A DNA stretch of 64,000 bases from Macrostomum lignano (Eukaryota). Both the position numbers and the translations under genes were made by a program. The number at the start of each line of letters is the position of its first letter. The stretch's first letter is position 1. The stretch is taken from positions 62,001 through 126,000 of the forward strand of contig NIVC01001077.1 in assembly GCA_002269645.1 (NCBI GenBank), given 5' to 3'. This document shows, in pieces, positions 11,901 through 22,402 of the stretch. Under the pieces are notes generated by a model. The model had not been told where the DNA came from. It searched no databases and saw only the letters and a program-made list of their open reading frames with translations.

Positions 11901-13190
11901 TGCTTGTAGTAGGCGCTTCAGTGGTGGTTGTAGTAGGCGCTTCAGTGGTGCTTGTAGTTGGCGCTTCAGTGGTGGTTGTAGTAGGCGCTTCGGTGGTGGT
12001 TGTAGTAGGCGCTTCAGTGGTGGTTGTAGTAGGCGCTTCAGTGGTGGTTGTAGTAGGCGCTTCAGTGGTGGTTGTAGTAGGCGCTTCAGTGGTGGTTGTA
12101 GTAGGCGCTTCAGTGGTGGTTGTAGTTTGCGCCGCAGTGGTCGTTGTAGTAGGCGCTTCAGTGGTGGTTGTAGTAGGCGCTTCAGTGGTGGTTGTAGTAG
12201 GCGCTTCAGTGGTGGTTGTAGTTTGCGCCGCAGTGGTCGTTGTAGTAGGCGCTTCAGTGGTGGTTGTAGTAGGCGCCGCAGTGGTGGTTGTAGTAGGCGC
12301 TTCAGTGGTGGTTGTAGTAGGCGCTTCAGTGGTTGTAGTAGGCGCCGCAGTGGTGGTTGTAGTAGGCGCTTCAGTGGTGGTTGTAGTAGGCGCTTCAGTG
12401 GTGGTTGTAGTAGGCGCTTCAGTGGTGGTTGTAGTTTGCGCCGCAGTGGTGGTTGTAGTTGGTGGTTCAGTGGTGGTTGTAGTAGGCGCTTCAGTGGTGG
12501 TTGTAGTAGGCGCTTCAGTGGTGGTTGTAGTAGGCGCTTCAGTGGTGCTTGTAGTAGGCGCTTCAGTGGTGGTTGTAGTAGGCGCTTCAGTGGTGCTTGT
12601 AGTTGGCGCTTCAGTGGTGGTTGTAGTAGGCGCTTCGGTGGTGGTTGTAGTAGGCGCTTCAGTGGTGGTTGTAGTAGGCGCTTCAGTGGTGGTTGTAGTA
12701 GGCGCTTCAGTGGTGGTTGTAGTTTGCGCCGCAGTGGTGGTTGTAGTAGGCGCTTCAGTGGTGGTTGTAGTAGCTAAAATTATTCATGTTGGAGTGTTGG
12801 CACTGGTTTTATATTGTGGAGTTAGTTCATCCAGTATTCGGTACGAGCTATATATGGTATATTTTTACTTACCAGCTTTAGAGGCTGTGACGAGAATAAG
12901 GACTGGAAGTAGGTTTTGTGCATCGTCATTTAATAGTATTTATAAGCCCAGAAATCTAATGCATGTACATGTAGCTCATCAGTCGAATGTGTGTAAAGTA
13001 TTGAAACACTGTCCTTACCTGTGACCAGCGCTAGTAGCACGGATGGCGTCGCACTTCTCGGCAAGCTGCCAGGGCGGAACCGGACCGTGGCCTGAAGATT
13101 ATGGAAGAATGAAAAAATATTAAAACGGAAGAAATGCAAAAGTAAAGTTGGAAATGATTAGCGAAACTTTACCGGTGCTAGTTTGCACAT
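1..13190 (-). CDS. Giant Thr-rich mucin-like secreted/surface protein: (TTTTTEAP)n and (DG/AG-x-TTTT)n blocks, TSP1, EGF, two calcium-binding EGF domains, NIDO-like domain; 3'-incomplete
   Basis: Hand-spliced exons (minus): 13173-13190, 13019-13091, 3456-12773, 3234-3374, 2541-2684, 2235-2375, 2020-2150, 1699-1917, 920-1072, 1-78. All GT-AG and phase-compatible (10416 nt = 3472 codons in the window). TSP1-like WVLESCSATCG..RRRQC; EGF DPCTPNPC..CACATGY; cbEGF DFDECSL..CVNTIGSYYCVC and DKDECSD..CTNTDGGYTCEC. NIDO-like segments FPIGDRFASAFY-ATRTGVLAF, IVAAFWS, PQWAAAVQYKHV, SSFTAYVLTD. The two small 5' exons (MCKLAP/ATVRF..VLLALVT) are less certain. Confidence 0.85.
105..345. repeat. Degenerate 10-bp repeat (GTTGCTATGC)n in a mucin intron
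   Basis: Repeated gttgctatgc/gtggttgcta units within intron 79-919. Confidence 0.85.
1113..1612. repeat. 40-bp minisatellite, ~12 copies, in mucin intron 1073-1698
   Basis: Unit ctgactgataagagcacctggctttattgggacacacctg. Confidence 0.95.
2428..2500. repeat. 15-bp repeat (gccaaaccttgagaa) x5-6 in mucin intron 2376-2540
   Basis: Directly visible; gives the SQGLA repeats in shadow ORF 2277..2600. Confidence 0.85.
2752..3233. repeat. Adjacent microsatellites (CTAA)n (2752-3045) and (CACT)n (3079-3233) in mucin intron 2685-3233
   Basis: Directly visible; on the sense (minus) strand they read (TTAG)n and (GTGA)n. Confidence 0.95.
3650..6439 (-). repeat. Coding 21-bp tandem repeat (DGSTTTT/DGATTTT/AGATTTT, ~130 copies), mucin PTS block 2
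   Basis: Plus-strand units such as gatccatctgtggttgtggtt and gcgccatctgtggttgtggtc; same reading frame as block 1. Confidence 0.95.
6440..12773 (-). repeat. Coding 24-bp tandem repeat (TTTTTEAP, ~260 copies), mucin PTS block 1
   Basis: Plus-strand unit ttcagtggtggttgtagtaggcgc with recurrent variants (AAP, AAQ, EPP, TTSTT); open in frame with ORF 3406..11460. Confidence 0.95.
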
Positions 13191-13311
13191 CAGGACTGTT
13201 CGCGATGATGAAATGCAGTGTTGCAGTGCGGTCTAGTTTGTCAATTGTCAGGCGAGAGAGAGACAGCTTGCTTAGATGCTGGACAGTTCCCCCGCTCTCC
13301 GCGCAGTCGGG

Positions 13312-13353
13312 CTCTTATACAGCCTAGACCGGCCTATTGGTGGTTGCCATTGG
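13312..13353 (-). promoter_or_regulatory. Putative core promoter of the mucin gene (TATA box plus two CCAAT boxes)
   Basis: Minus strand TATAAGAG at 13312-13319 and CCAAT at 13336-13340 and 13349-13353. No other ATG lies between the TATA box and the ATG at 13190. Confidence 0.5.
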
Positions 13354-13792
13354 CAACGTACAAATCCGCGCGCGCTACGGACGCGGACTGGTCCTGGTTG
13401 CTGTCCTATTGAATTATTAAGCGTACTTAATTAAACACACACACACACCGCCAATGCGTGTCTGCGCTGGCGGTGAGCACTTTCTCCGTCTCCAAATGTC
13501 CTTGTCGCCAGGACAATGAGAGCTAATCTAATCCAAGTGGTGAGTAGCGAATAATTCATACTATATTGTTTTAATTATTTAAGCCTGCCTATAGATACGA
13601 TTCTTACATTTCATCAACTTGTCGCCAAGGTATTTTTGCTGCCAAGTAATAAATCATTTATTAATTGAGGTCAAGCAAGTTTCAATACTATAGTAGTGCA
13701 AATGATAGCTATAGTATATTAATAACACAATTGTAATGCACTGATTCTTTGACAATCTCAAAGCAAGTTTTTTTTTGTTTTGTTCTCCTGCG

Positions 13793-14190
13793 ACAGTGTT
13801 TTGTGACCAACTGGTTGCGACAGTGACATTGTGTTCTGTGACCAACTGGTTGCGACAGTGACATTGTGTTCTGTGACCAACTGGTTGCGACAGTGACATT
13901 GTGTTCTGTGACCAACTGGTTGCGACAGTGACATTGTGCTTTGTGACCAACTGGTTGCGACAGTGACATTGTGTTCTGTGACCAACTGGTTGCGACAGTG
14001 ACATTGTGCTTTGTGACCAATTAGTTGTGACAGTGAATTTGTGTTCTGTGACCAACTGGTTGCGACAGTGACATTGTGTTCTGTGACCAACTGGTTGCGA
14101 CAGTGACATTGTGTTCTGTGACCAACTGGTTGTGACAAGGACTTTCTGTTTTGTCACTTTTGTGCACAACTGGTTGTGTTAGTGACATTG
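13793..14190. repeat. 35-bp minisatellite, ~10 copies, intergenic
   Basis: Unit tgtgaccaactggttgcgacagtgacattgtgttc (period 13802 to 13837). Confidence 0.9.
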
Positions 14191-14709
14191 TTCTGTTTTC
14201 AATTGTCACAGAGATATTCCTTCAGAGACCCGAGTCCCAAAAAATTCTTTCGCTAGCGTTCTCAGTGACTTTCCTAGTGCTCTTATCGACTATCTCTTAC
14301 TAAAGAAATGCTCTTACTAAAACTTATTAAAGTACAAACAGATGTACGGTTTAGCATGGCATAAAAAGGAAAGATAAAAACGTCAAAAAAAGTTTTAGAA
14401 TTTTTTCGGGCTCATCTTTTCTAAAAAAAACAGCGCACAATTACCTGGAAAATTGTTTTTTAAGTGAATAAAATTGTGCGCATTCAGATTTTTAGGATAT
14501 ATTTAGTATATAGGATTTTTTCTCAGTAGCGAGTTACACGGCTAAGCAAAGAATATAGAAAACTTCAGAATAAATAATCAGCCAATGCTACTGCTAGTGG
14601 CATGTTGTACTGTACTTTTTGAAGAGTTTTATAGCACAAAAATTGATGAATAAATTGGTTTTACATGTACAGTCTAAAAATTATATTTACGAATAAGCAT
14701 GAAATTGGT

Positions 14710-15270
14710 CGGGTAAATGTCGGTCCCTTTGATCTGTGTAAGTGGGTGAATATCGGTCCCATTAATCTGCTTAGGTGGGGGAGTGTCGGTCCCTTCGATC
14801 GGTGTACACTGTAGGTGGGTAATTGTCGGTCCCTTTGATCGGTGTAGGTGGGTAATTGTCGGTCCCTTTGATCGGTGTAGGTGGGTAATTGTCGGTCCCT
14901 TCGATCGGTGTAGGTGGGTAATTGTCGGTCCCTTTGATTGGTGTAGGTGGGTAATTGTCGGTCCCTTTGATCGGTCTAGGTGGGTAATTGTCGGTCCCTT
15001 TGATCGGTGTAGGTGGGTAATTGTCGGTCCCTTTGATCGGTCTAGGTGGGTAATTGTCGGTCCCTTTGATCGGTGTAGGTGGGTAATTGTCGGTCCCTTT
15101 GATTGGTGTAGGTGGGTAATTGTCGGTCCCTTTGATCGGTGTAGGTGGGTAATTGTCGGTCCCTTTGATCTGCTTAGGTGGGGGAATGTCAGTCCCTCTG
15201 ATTACTCGTGTGGGGGAATGTTGGTCCCTTTTGATCTGCTTAGGTGGGAGAGTGTCGGTCCCTTTGATCT
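14710..15270. repeat. 33-bp minisatellite, intergenic
   Basis: Unit gtaggtgggtaattgtcggtccctttgatcggt; explains ORF 14783..15274. Confidence 0.9.
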
Positions 15271-16566
15271 ATAGTTTGAAAATATTTTTGTCTAATTGAC
15301 TTTAAAACCGATTTTGTCATTGAAAAAGTCCGTGACAAGTGAGAGGCCATAGGAAGAGAAGCAACTCAAGTCAGAAAAGTACAAAACCCAATTAAACACG
15401 CTAAATAAGTAGTGCTTTTTGCAAGTAAAATATTAGCAAAATAAAGCAAGCACACAGGCACACACAAATTGTATACACATTCGAGCTATAGCATGTATAG
15501 AAACGCATTTCAAGTACTTTATGTACTTTAGCGATTAGTTAATTCTTTGGTTTAATATAATAGAAACTGTATTGGGTGAGGACACACTGAACTAATACAC
15601 ACTACACAAGCTAGGTGGGCTATAGAAAAGCCGGATTAGCCACTCATACTACTACTCGCTGTTCCAAGTAGTAGTAAATCGAGTAAATAATATATTGGAT
15701 GAATATTGATGTCTGACTAGAATAAAGCATTTTAGAAGACAGAAGAAACAAGGTTAGCGGTGATCATCTATCATTTAAATAGACGCGATTTGAAACAGAA
15801 ATAATGAAAGCGATACTGCTTCAAGGCTGAATTGGCGTGTCAACTACATGAAAAAAAACGAATTGAGCCGATACAGAAACACTGTACAGGAGAAATGAAC
15901 AAAATTTATGAGCGAAACTCAATTTAAGTACACAAAAGTCGCAATGAACAGGCTATAAATTTTAGACAGATTTTCATACCGCTGCTAATAAATTTAGCCA
16001 TGAATTGCGCAGCAGGGGGGGGGGCTAAGGAGTTAGCGTCAATACTTATAAGCTAATTAAATCTATTGGAACAGAAATTAAAAGCTTGACTTGACATTAT
16101 GAACCAACTAATTAAGGGTATTTTCTAAAGCTAACAAATTATTTCAAGGTTATTACATGTAAGTGCACACAGCACAAGCACGCGTGAAATGGAAGTTAAC
16201 AACAGTAATAAATAAATAAACACGCACCCATACACTGCTGTAATATTACCAACTTCTATTGGCAGTTACATTATAATTTACATTACATATTATTTTCATA
16301 ACTGAGTACACTAAATCAGAAATCAATTTTTAAGGCCCTGTGAGACGCTTGACTAATTATTAGCTCGTAATTATGGGAATGAGAGCTATCTTAACGCATG
16401 AAAACAGATACAGTTTTGGTCAGCTTAACTCCACACACCTAGTTTATGCTGTCACAAGGCGGAGAAGTCAAGCCAATGTCCTTATCGGTGGGGCGTGGGG
16501 TTTAGCCAGGAGCTTCTTTTGAAAGGGTGCTATTTCATTTTAGGGGTGTCTTTATATCATTGTCGA

Positions 16567-16762
16567 CAGCACCAGAGGCGCCAGCACCAGAGGCGCCAGC
16601 ACCAGAGGCGCCAGCACCAGAGGCGCCAGCACCAGAGGCGCCAGCACCAGAGGCGCCAGCACCAGAGGCGCCAGCACCAGAGGCGCCAGCACCAGAGGCG
16701 CCAGCACCAGAGGCGCCAGCACCAGAGGCGCCAGCACCAGAGGCGCCAGCACCAGAGGCGCC
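16567..16762. repeat. Perfect 15-bp repeat x13 just downstream of the Csk stop codon
   Basis: Unit cagcaccagaggcgc. Confidence 0.95.
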
Positions 16763-16800
16763 TTAATGACATTGGCTCAACTTCTGTACCAGTTGGCAGT

Positions 16801-19800
16801 TCAATTAGCCTCAATAGTCTTCAACTGCTGCACTATTTCGTCAAAGTTTGGCCGCTGTTCCGGAGTCAGCTCCCAGCAGCGGCGCATCAGTTTGTAAACG
16901 TCCGACGGACAGCGTTCGGGCATCTCCATTCGGTAGCCGTTTAGCACGTGTTTTAACACCTGATCGGTCTTAATCCGGGGATAGGGCATCCGGCCAAACG
17001 TGTAGATCTCCCACAGCAGCACGGCGAACGACCAGACGTCAGATTTGGTGGAGAACTTGGCGTGATCTTTCACGCACTCCGGGGCGGTCCACTTCAAAGG
17101 TATTCGCTCCTGGGCACCGGGAGCTGCTCCGCCGCTGCCACCGTTCGAATGCTGTTTGCTATCGCGAAACGATTTCGCTAGCCCGAAATCCGCCACCTTG
17201 GAGGAATCAAAGCGGTTTAGGAATCCTCAAAATTATAGTTATTAGATAGATATGGATATGGCAAAGGCTGCCTACCTTGGCTCGACAGTCATCATCTAAT
17301 AGAATATTCCGAGCAGCCAAATCTCTGTGCACCAGCTGCTTGCCGGCCAGGTAAGCCATGCCAGCTGCGATGTCTCTGGAATCGCGAGCGATGTTGCATT
17401 AGGATCTGATTTACATGTTGCATTAGGATCTGATTTAAATGTTGCATTAGGGTCTGATGTGCATGTTGCATTAGGGTCTGATGTGCATGTTGCATTAGGG
17501 TCTGATGTACATGTTGCATTAGGGTCTGATGTGCATGTTGCATTAGGGTCTGATGTGCATCATGTTGCATTAGGGTCTGATGTGCATGTTGCATTAGGGT
17601 CTGATGTGCATGTTGCATTAGGGTCTGATGTGCATGTTGCATTAGGGTCTGATGTACATGTTGCATTAGGGTCTGATGTACATGTTGCATTAGGGTCTGA
17701 TGTGCATGTTGCATTAGGGTCTGATGTACATTTTGCATTAGGGTCTGATGTGCATGTTGCATTAGGGTCTGATGTACATGTTGCATTAGGGTCTGATGTA
17801 CATGTTGCATTAGGGTCTGATGTGCATGTTGCATTAGGGTCTGATGTACATGTTGCATCTGGATCTGATGCAGACTTATAAAAAGAGCCTAGTGTACACG
17901 TACACTGAATCAAGAGGGCCTGATGTACACTGAATCAAGAGGGCCTGATGTACACTGAATCAAGAGGGCCTGATGTACACTGAATCAAGAGGGCCTGATG
18001 TACACTGAATCAAGAGGGCCTGATGTACACTGAATCAAGAGGGCCTGATGTACACTGAATCAAGAGGGCCTAATGTATCTAGATACACTGCAAGGCAAGA
18101 TATCAAATGTCAACCGAGACTGCAACTTACAGGGCAAATTGTATCTGATTCTCTGGCATAATGACAGTCTGTCCTCGCGATCTCAGATAGTTGAGCAGCG
18201 AGCCCTTGCTCAGCAGTTCAGTCACCAGCATTGGCTGTCCATCCTGCCAGAGCAGCTCGATAAATCTAACTAAATTAGTGTGATTCAGTTTTCGCATCAG
18301 TTCGGCTTCTTCGCTTAGAGCGGCAATTTCTGCTTCAGTTGGCGGTTTCGAATTGTTATTAGCGGCATTGCTGCCGGCCAGTTCAGGCGCGGCCGTGGAA
18401 GCGGCAGCCGCGGCGGCACCACCGGAGATCATGCATTTGACGGCCACCTGTTCGTTTCTATACGTGCCCCGGCGCACCTCGGAGAATTCGCCACGGCCAA
18501 TCACCTCGTGAATTTGTAGATCGCCGTTAGACGCCTGAAAATGCCGCTGCTGATGGGGATGCTGAGGCTGGTGATGAAGATTCACCTGTGACACGTCGAC
18601 ACCTTTAACTAATTCGCAGCAGAGACCGTCGGCGTCGTTGCGATAGTGCTGCACCAGCAGGTCCAGAGGGTAGAATCTGCTCTCCTCGTCTATTGTGTAA
18701 TAAAATCTGGCCGAATTGAACGTCACCTTCTTGACGTGGTAGTGGCTCACCTGGAACAGACGCGGACAGGTTAGATATAGACATGCTATGGATGCAGTGA
18801 TGGACAGACAGACATGCTATAGCTGGAGATAATGGACAAGCAGACATGCTAGGGATGCAGGTGATGGACAGGCAGACATGCTAGGGATGCAGGTGATGGA
18901 CAGGCAGACATGCTAGGGATGCAGGTGATGGACAGGCAGACATGCTAGGGATGCAGGTGATGGACAGACAGACATGCTAGGGATGCAGATGATGGACAGA
19001 CAGATATGATATGGATGCAGGTGATGGACAGACAGACATGCTAGGGATGCAGATAATGGACAGACAGACATGCTAGGGATGCAGATGATGGACAGACAGA
19101 TATGATATGGATGCAGATGATAGACAGACAGACAGATATGATATGGATGCAGATGATAGACAGACAGACATGCTAGGGATGCAGATGATGGACAGAGACA
19201 TGCTAGGGATGCAGAGGATGGACAGACAGACATGCTAGGGATGCAGATGATGGACAGACAGATATGATATGGATGCAGATTATAGACAGACAGACATGCT
19301 AGGGATGCAGATGATGGACAGACAGATATGATATGGATGCAGATGATAGACAGACAGACATGCTAGGGATGCAGATGATGGACAGACAGACATGCTAGGG
19401 ATGCAGATAATGGAAAGACAGATATCCTATGGATGCAGATGATGGACAGACAGACATGCTAGGGATGCAGATAATGGACAGACAGATATGATATGGATGC
19501 AGATGATAGACAGACAGACATGCTAGGGATGCAGATGATGGACAGACAGACATGCTAGGGATGCAGATAATGGAAAGACAGATATCCTATGGATGCAGAT
19601 GATGGACAGACAGACATGCTAGGGATGCAGATAATGGACAGACAGACATGCTAGGGAAGCAGATGATAGACAGACAGACATGCTAGGGATGCAGATAATG
19701 GACAGACAGACATGCTAGGGATGCAGATAATGGACAGACAGACATGCTAGGGATATAGATAGAGAAAAGATCTCTTCCATCAGAGAGAATGATAAAGAAA

Positions 19801-20887
19801 ATTTGCCAGAGCCGGAACAATTACAACTACAGTCAGCAACAAAAGAATTGTTTTGAAGTTCGCACCTGGTTGCTGAAGACAACAGACAGGGTGAGGTCGC
19901 CGGGATGGTTTGAGCTCAGGCGAACCAGAAATAGGCCGTTGATATTTCTGGGCACCAGTCGTTTGTCGGTCTCTGCCCGACTAATGGAGCCGTGAAACCA
20001 AGGATACGCGGATAGATCCTCAGAGTCGCCTAAGGCTATATAGTTCTCAGGCACCAGGCCTTTCTGGTGACGCGAGTTCTCAGCCACAATCCAATTGGGA
20101 TCCTGCGAAATCGGATTAGTAATTAGAACGATTGAGCAGTGCGAATTCCCCATACAGTATAATACCCTTGGGGATTTATTCATCCCCATGAGAATTCCCC
20201 CATTCAGTATAATAGCCTTGGGGATTTATTCATCCCCATGAGAATTCCCCCATTCAGTACAATACCCTTGGGGATTTATTTATCCCAACGAGAATTCCCC
20301 CATTCAGTACAATACCCTTGGGAATTTATTCATCCCCATGAGAATTCCCCAATACAGTATAATACCCTTGCGGATTTATTCATCCCCATGAGAATTCCCC
20401 AATACAGTATAATACCCTTGGGGATTTTTTTATCCCCATGAGAATTCCCCAATACAGTATAATACCTTAGGGATTTATTCATCCCCATGAGAATTTCCCA
20501 AAATACAGTATAATACCTTAGGGATTTATTTATCTCCATGCAAATTCCCCTGACATAATTAAGTTTAAATTTATGAGACTGATCAAAATTCCCATATAGT
20601 TAAATTTTTTAAACAGATTCATTCCCACAAAATTTAGCCCTATATGCCAAAATATAATTCAGATTCTAAAGTATCCCTATTTGAAGAAAGATGAAAAACA
20701 AACTAAATTGAAACAAAGAATTGGAAAAATTATTTACATCCAAGCATTCCACAACAGTGAGATCTTCGCCTTCCTTGATTGGCAAATCCTCAGCGCACTT
20801 GCCAGCATAATCGAACAGTACAAAAACAGTCTGGCCAACAGATATTTGTCGCGGAGCTGTTTGGCTGGCTGTCATTGCCGGATGCAT
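16801..20887 (-). CDS. CSK: C-terminal Src kinase (Csk)-like SH3-SH2-tyrosine kinase, 500 aa
   Basis: Exons 20738-20887, 19866-20102, 18131-18750, 17276-17375, 16801-17196 (all GT-AG, phases 0,0,2,0; 1503 nt). SH3 ([27 protein letters not shown]), SH2 ([24 protein letters not shown]), kinase ([52 protein letters not shown]). No N-terminal myristoylation Gly, no activation-loop Tyr and no C-terminal Tyr tail, as expected for Csk rather than Src. Confidence 0.92.
17390..18075. repeat. Two abutting minisatellites (24-bp at 17390-17872; 25-bp at 17895-18075) in Csk intron 3
   Basis: Units gcattagggtctgatgt(g/a)catgtt and tacactgaatcaagagggcctgatg. Confidence 0.93.
18772..19757. repeat. ~28-32-bp minisatellite in Csk intron 2
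   Basis: Units like gacagacagacatgctagggatgcagatgatg. Confidence 0.92.
20140..20545. repeat. ~50-bp minisatellite, ~8 copies, in Csk intron 1
   Basis: Unit gggatttattcatccccatgagaattcccc(c)attcagtataataccctt. Confidence 0.9.
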
Positions 20888-21429
20888 TGTCTCAATTGAC
20901 AAAGGCGAACTGATTGTTTTTAGTTGAGTAATTTAAATTTACATAAAGTATGAAAATAAGAGAGCAGCATTAATAATAGATTATCTAGAATAGGAAAAAT
21001 ATAATTTTAGGGCAAATTTGTTTAATAAATAACAAACTTTTTACTTATGTGCAAATGAATATAATAATATATATAATAAATATATTAGATTCTTCTGATC
21101 TAATTTGATGCTCATATACACATTTTGTGTTGTTCATTTGGAGCCTGACTCCATAGAGGTCATGAAAGAAATGCAGGAGTTACAATACAAGCACAAACTG
21201 CAAGGACAGATTTCTTTATTAAACTGTATGAGATTTTTGGCAATAGCAGAGTACTGTCAATGTGTCAAATAAGGCTTGCTTAAACACTAGCAGAATGCAA
21301 GACAAAGACTTCTATTTCTACTTTCTATTGAAAGAGAACAAACTTTCTATTAAGTTTGTTCTATAGAGGACAGTCTCGAGCCTTAGCCTTGATATACAGT
21401 GTTTTGAAGCCTCAAAGCAATATTATCAT

Positions 21430-22030
21430 TCTTGGAAAAAAAGAATGTGATGATTTTTTATTGGAGGGATATGTTTGCTAGAGCACATGGCACATGTGAC
21501 TTCAAATGGCCAACAAAATCATCAATTTTGGATGACCAAAAGACGATACACATTTTTTCTGTTAAGCATGTTGAAAAGTTTGCTGATTTTGTTTTTAAAG
21601 ATAAGATATGGATAACCAAAGAAAGGAAGAATGATGATTGTTTCACTGGGGTTGATGTTTTCAGCTTTAGTGGTTTGTTGTGGGTTGACTTTATTGGTAG
21701 TGAATTTATTGATGTTGTAGTAGATGAAAGCAAGTGGGTAGCCTGTGTGCAGGTGTTGTCTACCATTTCAACTGCTCTGGTGGCCAGAGCGTCTCCTATG
21801 TGGGGAAAACAAAGAGGCACTTGCATACCAGAACCAGAGAGCACTGGCTCAAACCATTGGCCATTCAAACCCACCTCTTAGAATGCAATAGCTGCTCCAA
21901 CAGCATTCCTAATGAATGCTTTATAATAATTATCGACCAATGTACATCTGACTATAAACTTAAGATTCTTGAGGTCATGCACATAAAAGTTTTGTCCCCC
22001 AACCTCAACACTCAACTCTAACATAGTGGC
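21430..22030 (+). mobile_element. Penelope-like retroelement 3' fragment (GIY-YIG endonuclease), degenerate
   Basis: ORF 21734..22021: VVYHFNC..SYVGKTKRHLHTRTREH..AIQTHL..KLKILEVMHIK..PNLNTQ, the typical PLE GIY-YIG pattern. No intact RT seen. Confidence 0.8.
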
Positions 22031-22402
22031 GTAGACTATGTTCTCTATGTTTTTTAAGTTTTGAGAGAGAACACCAACTACGGACTACACTGCTCTGCCA
22101 AAATTTCTGTCCCTGACCTGCCTATTAATCTTTGGACAAATTTACTGTATAGAATAATTAATTACTCAACAAATCTTTTTTTGCCTCACACAAATACTTA
22201 TTATTGTTAGCCTCAGTTTCTTGTTTGTTCTAATAAAATAAACCTGAAGATGCACCATGGAGTGCAAAACAACGTGTCAACTTTGTTAAATGTTGACAGT
22301 TGGTTTTTTATTCTTATTATTACACAAGCTATTAAAAACTGATAGACATGTGTTGTGTTGCTGCTGTGGTCCCAGTTGGCACTTTGAATCAAAACCTTAG
22401 TT

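Noticed and set aside
3641-13024. 3127-aa Val-rich plus-strand ORF, plus ORFs 7351..12777 (RRFSGGCS) and 3579..6428 (QPQ)
   Set aside because: Antisense or alternate-frame shadows of the stop-free mucin repeat; splice sites and downstream domains support only the minus-strand Thr frame.
1-13190. Identity with the described Macrostomum adhesive proteins or orthology to MUC4
   Set aside because: Repeat composition and visible domain order do not match what I recall for those proteins; the C-terminus is outside the window and no search could be run.
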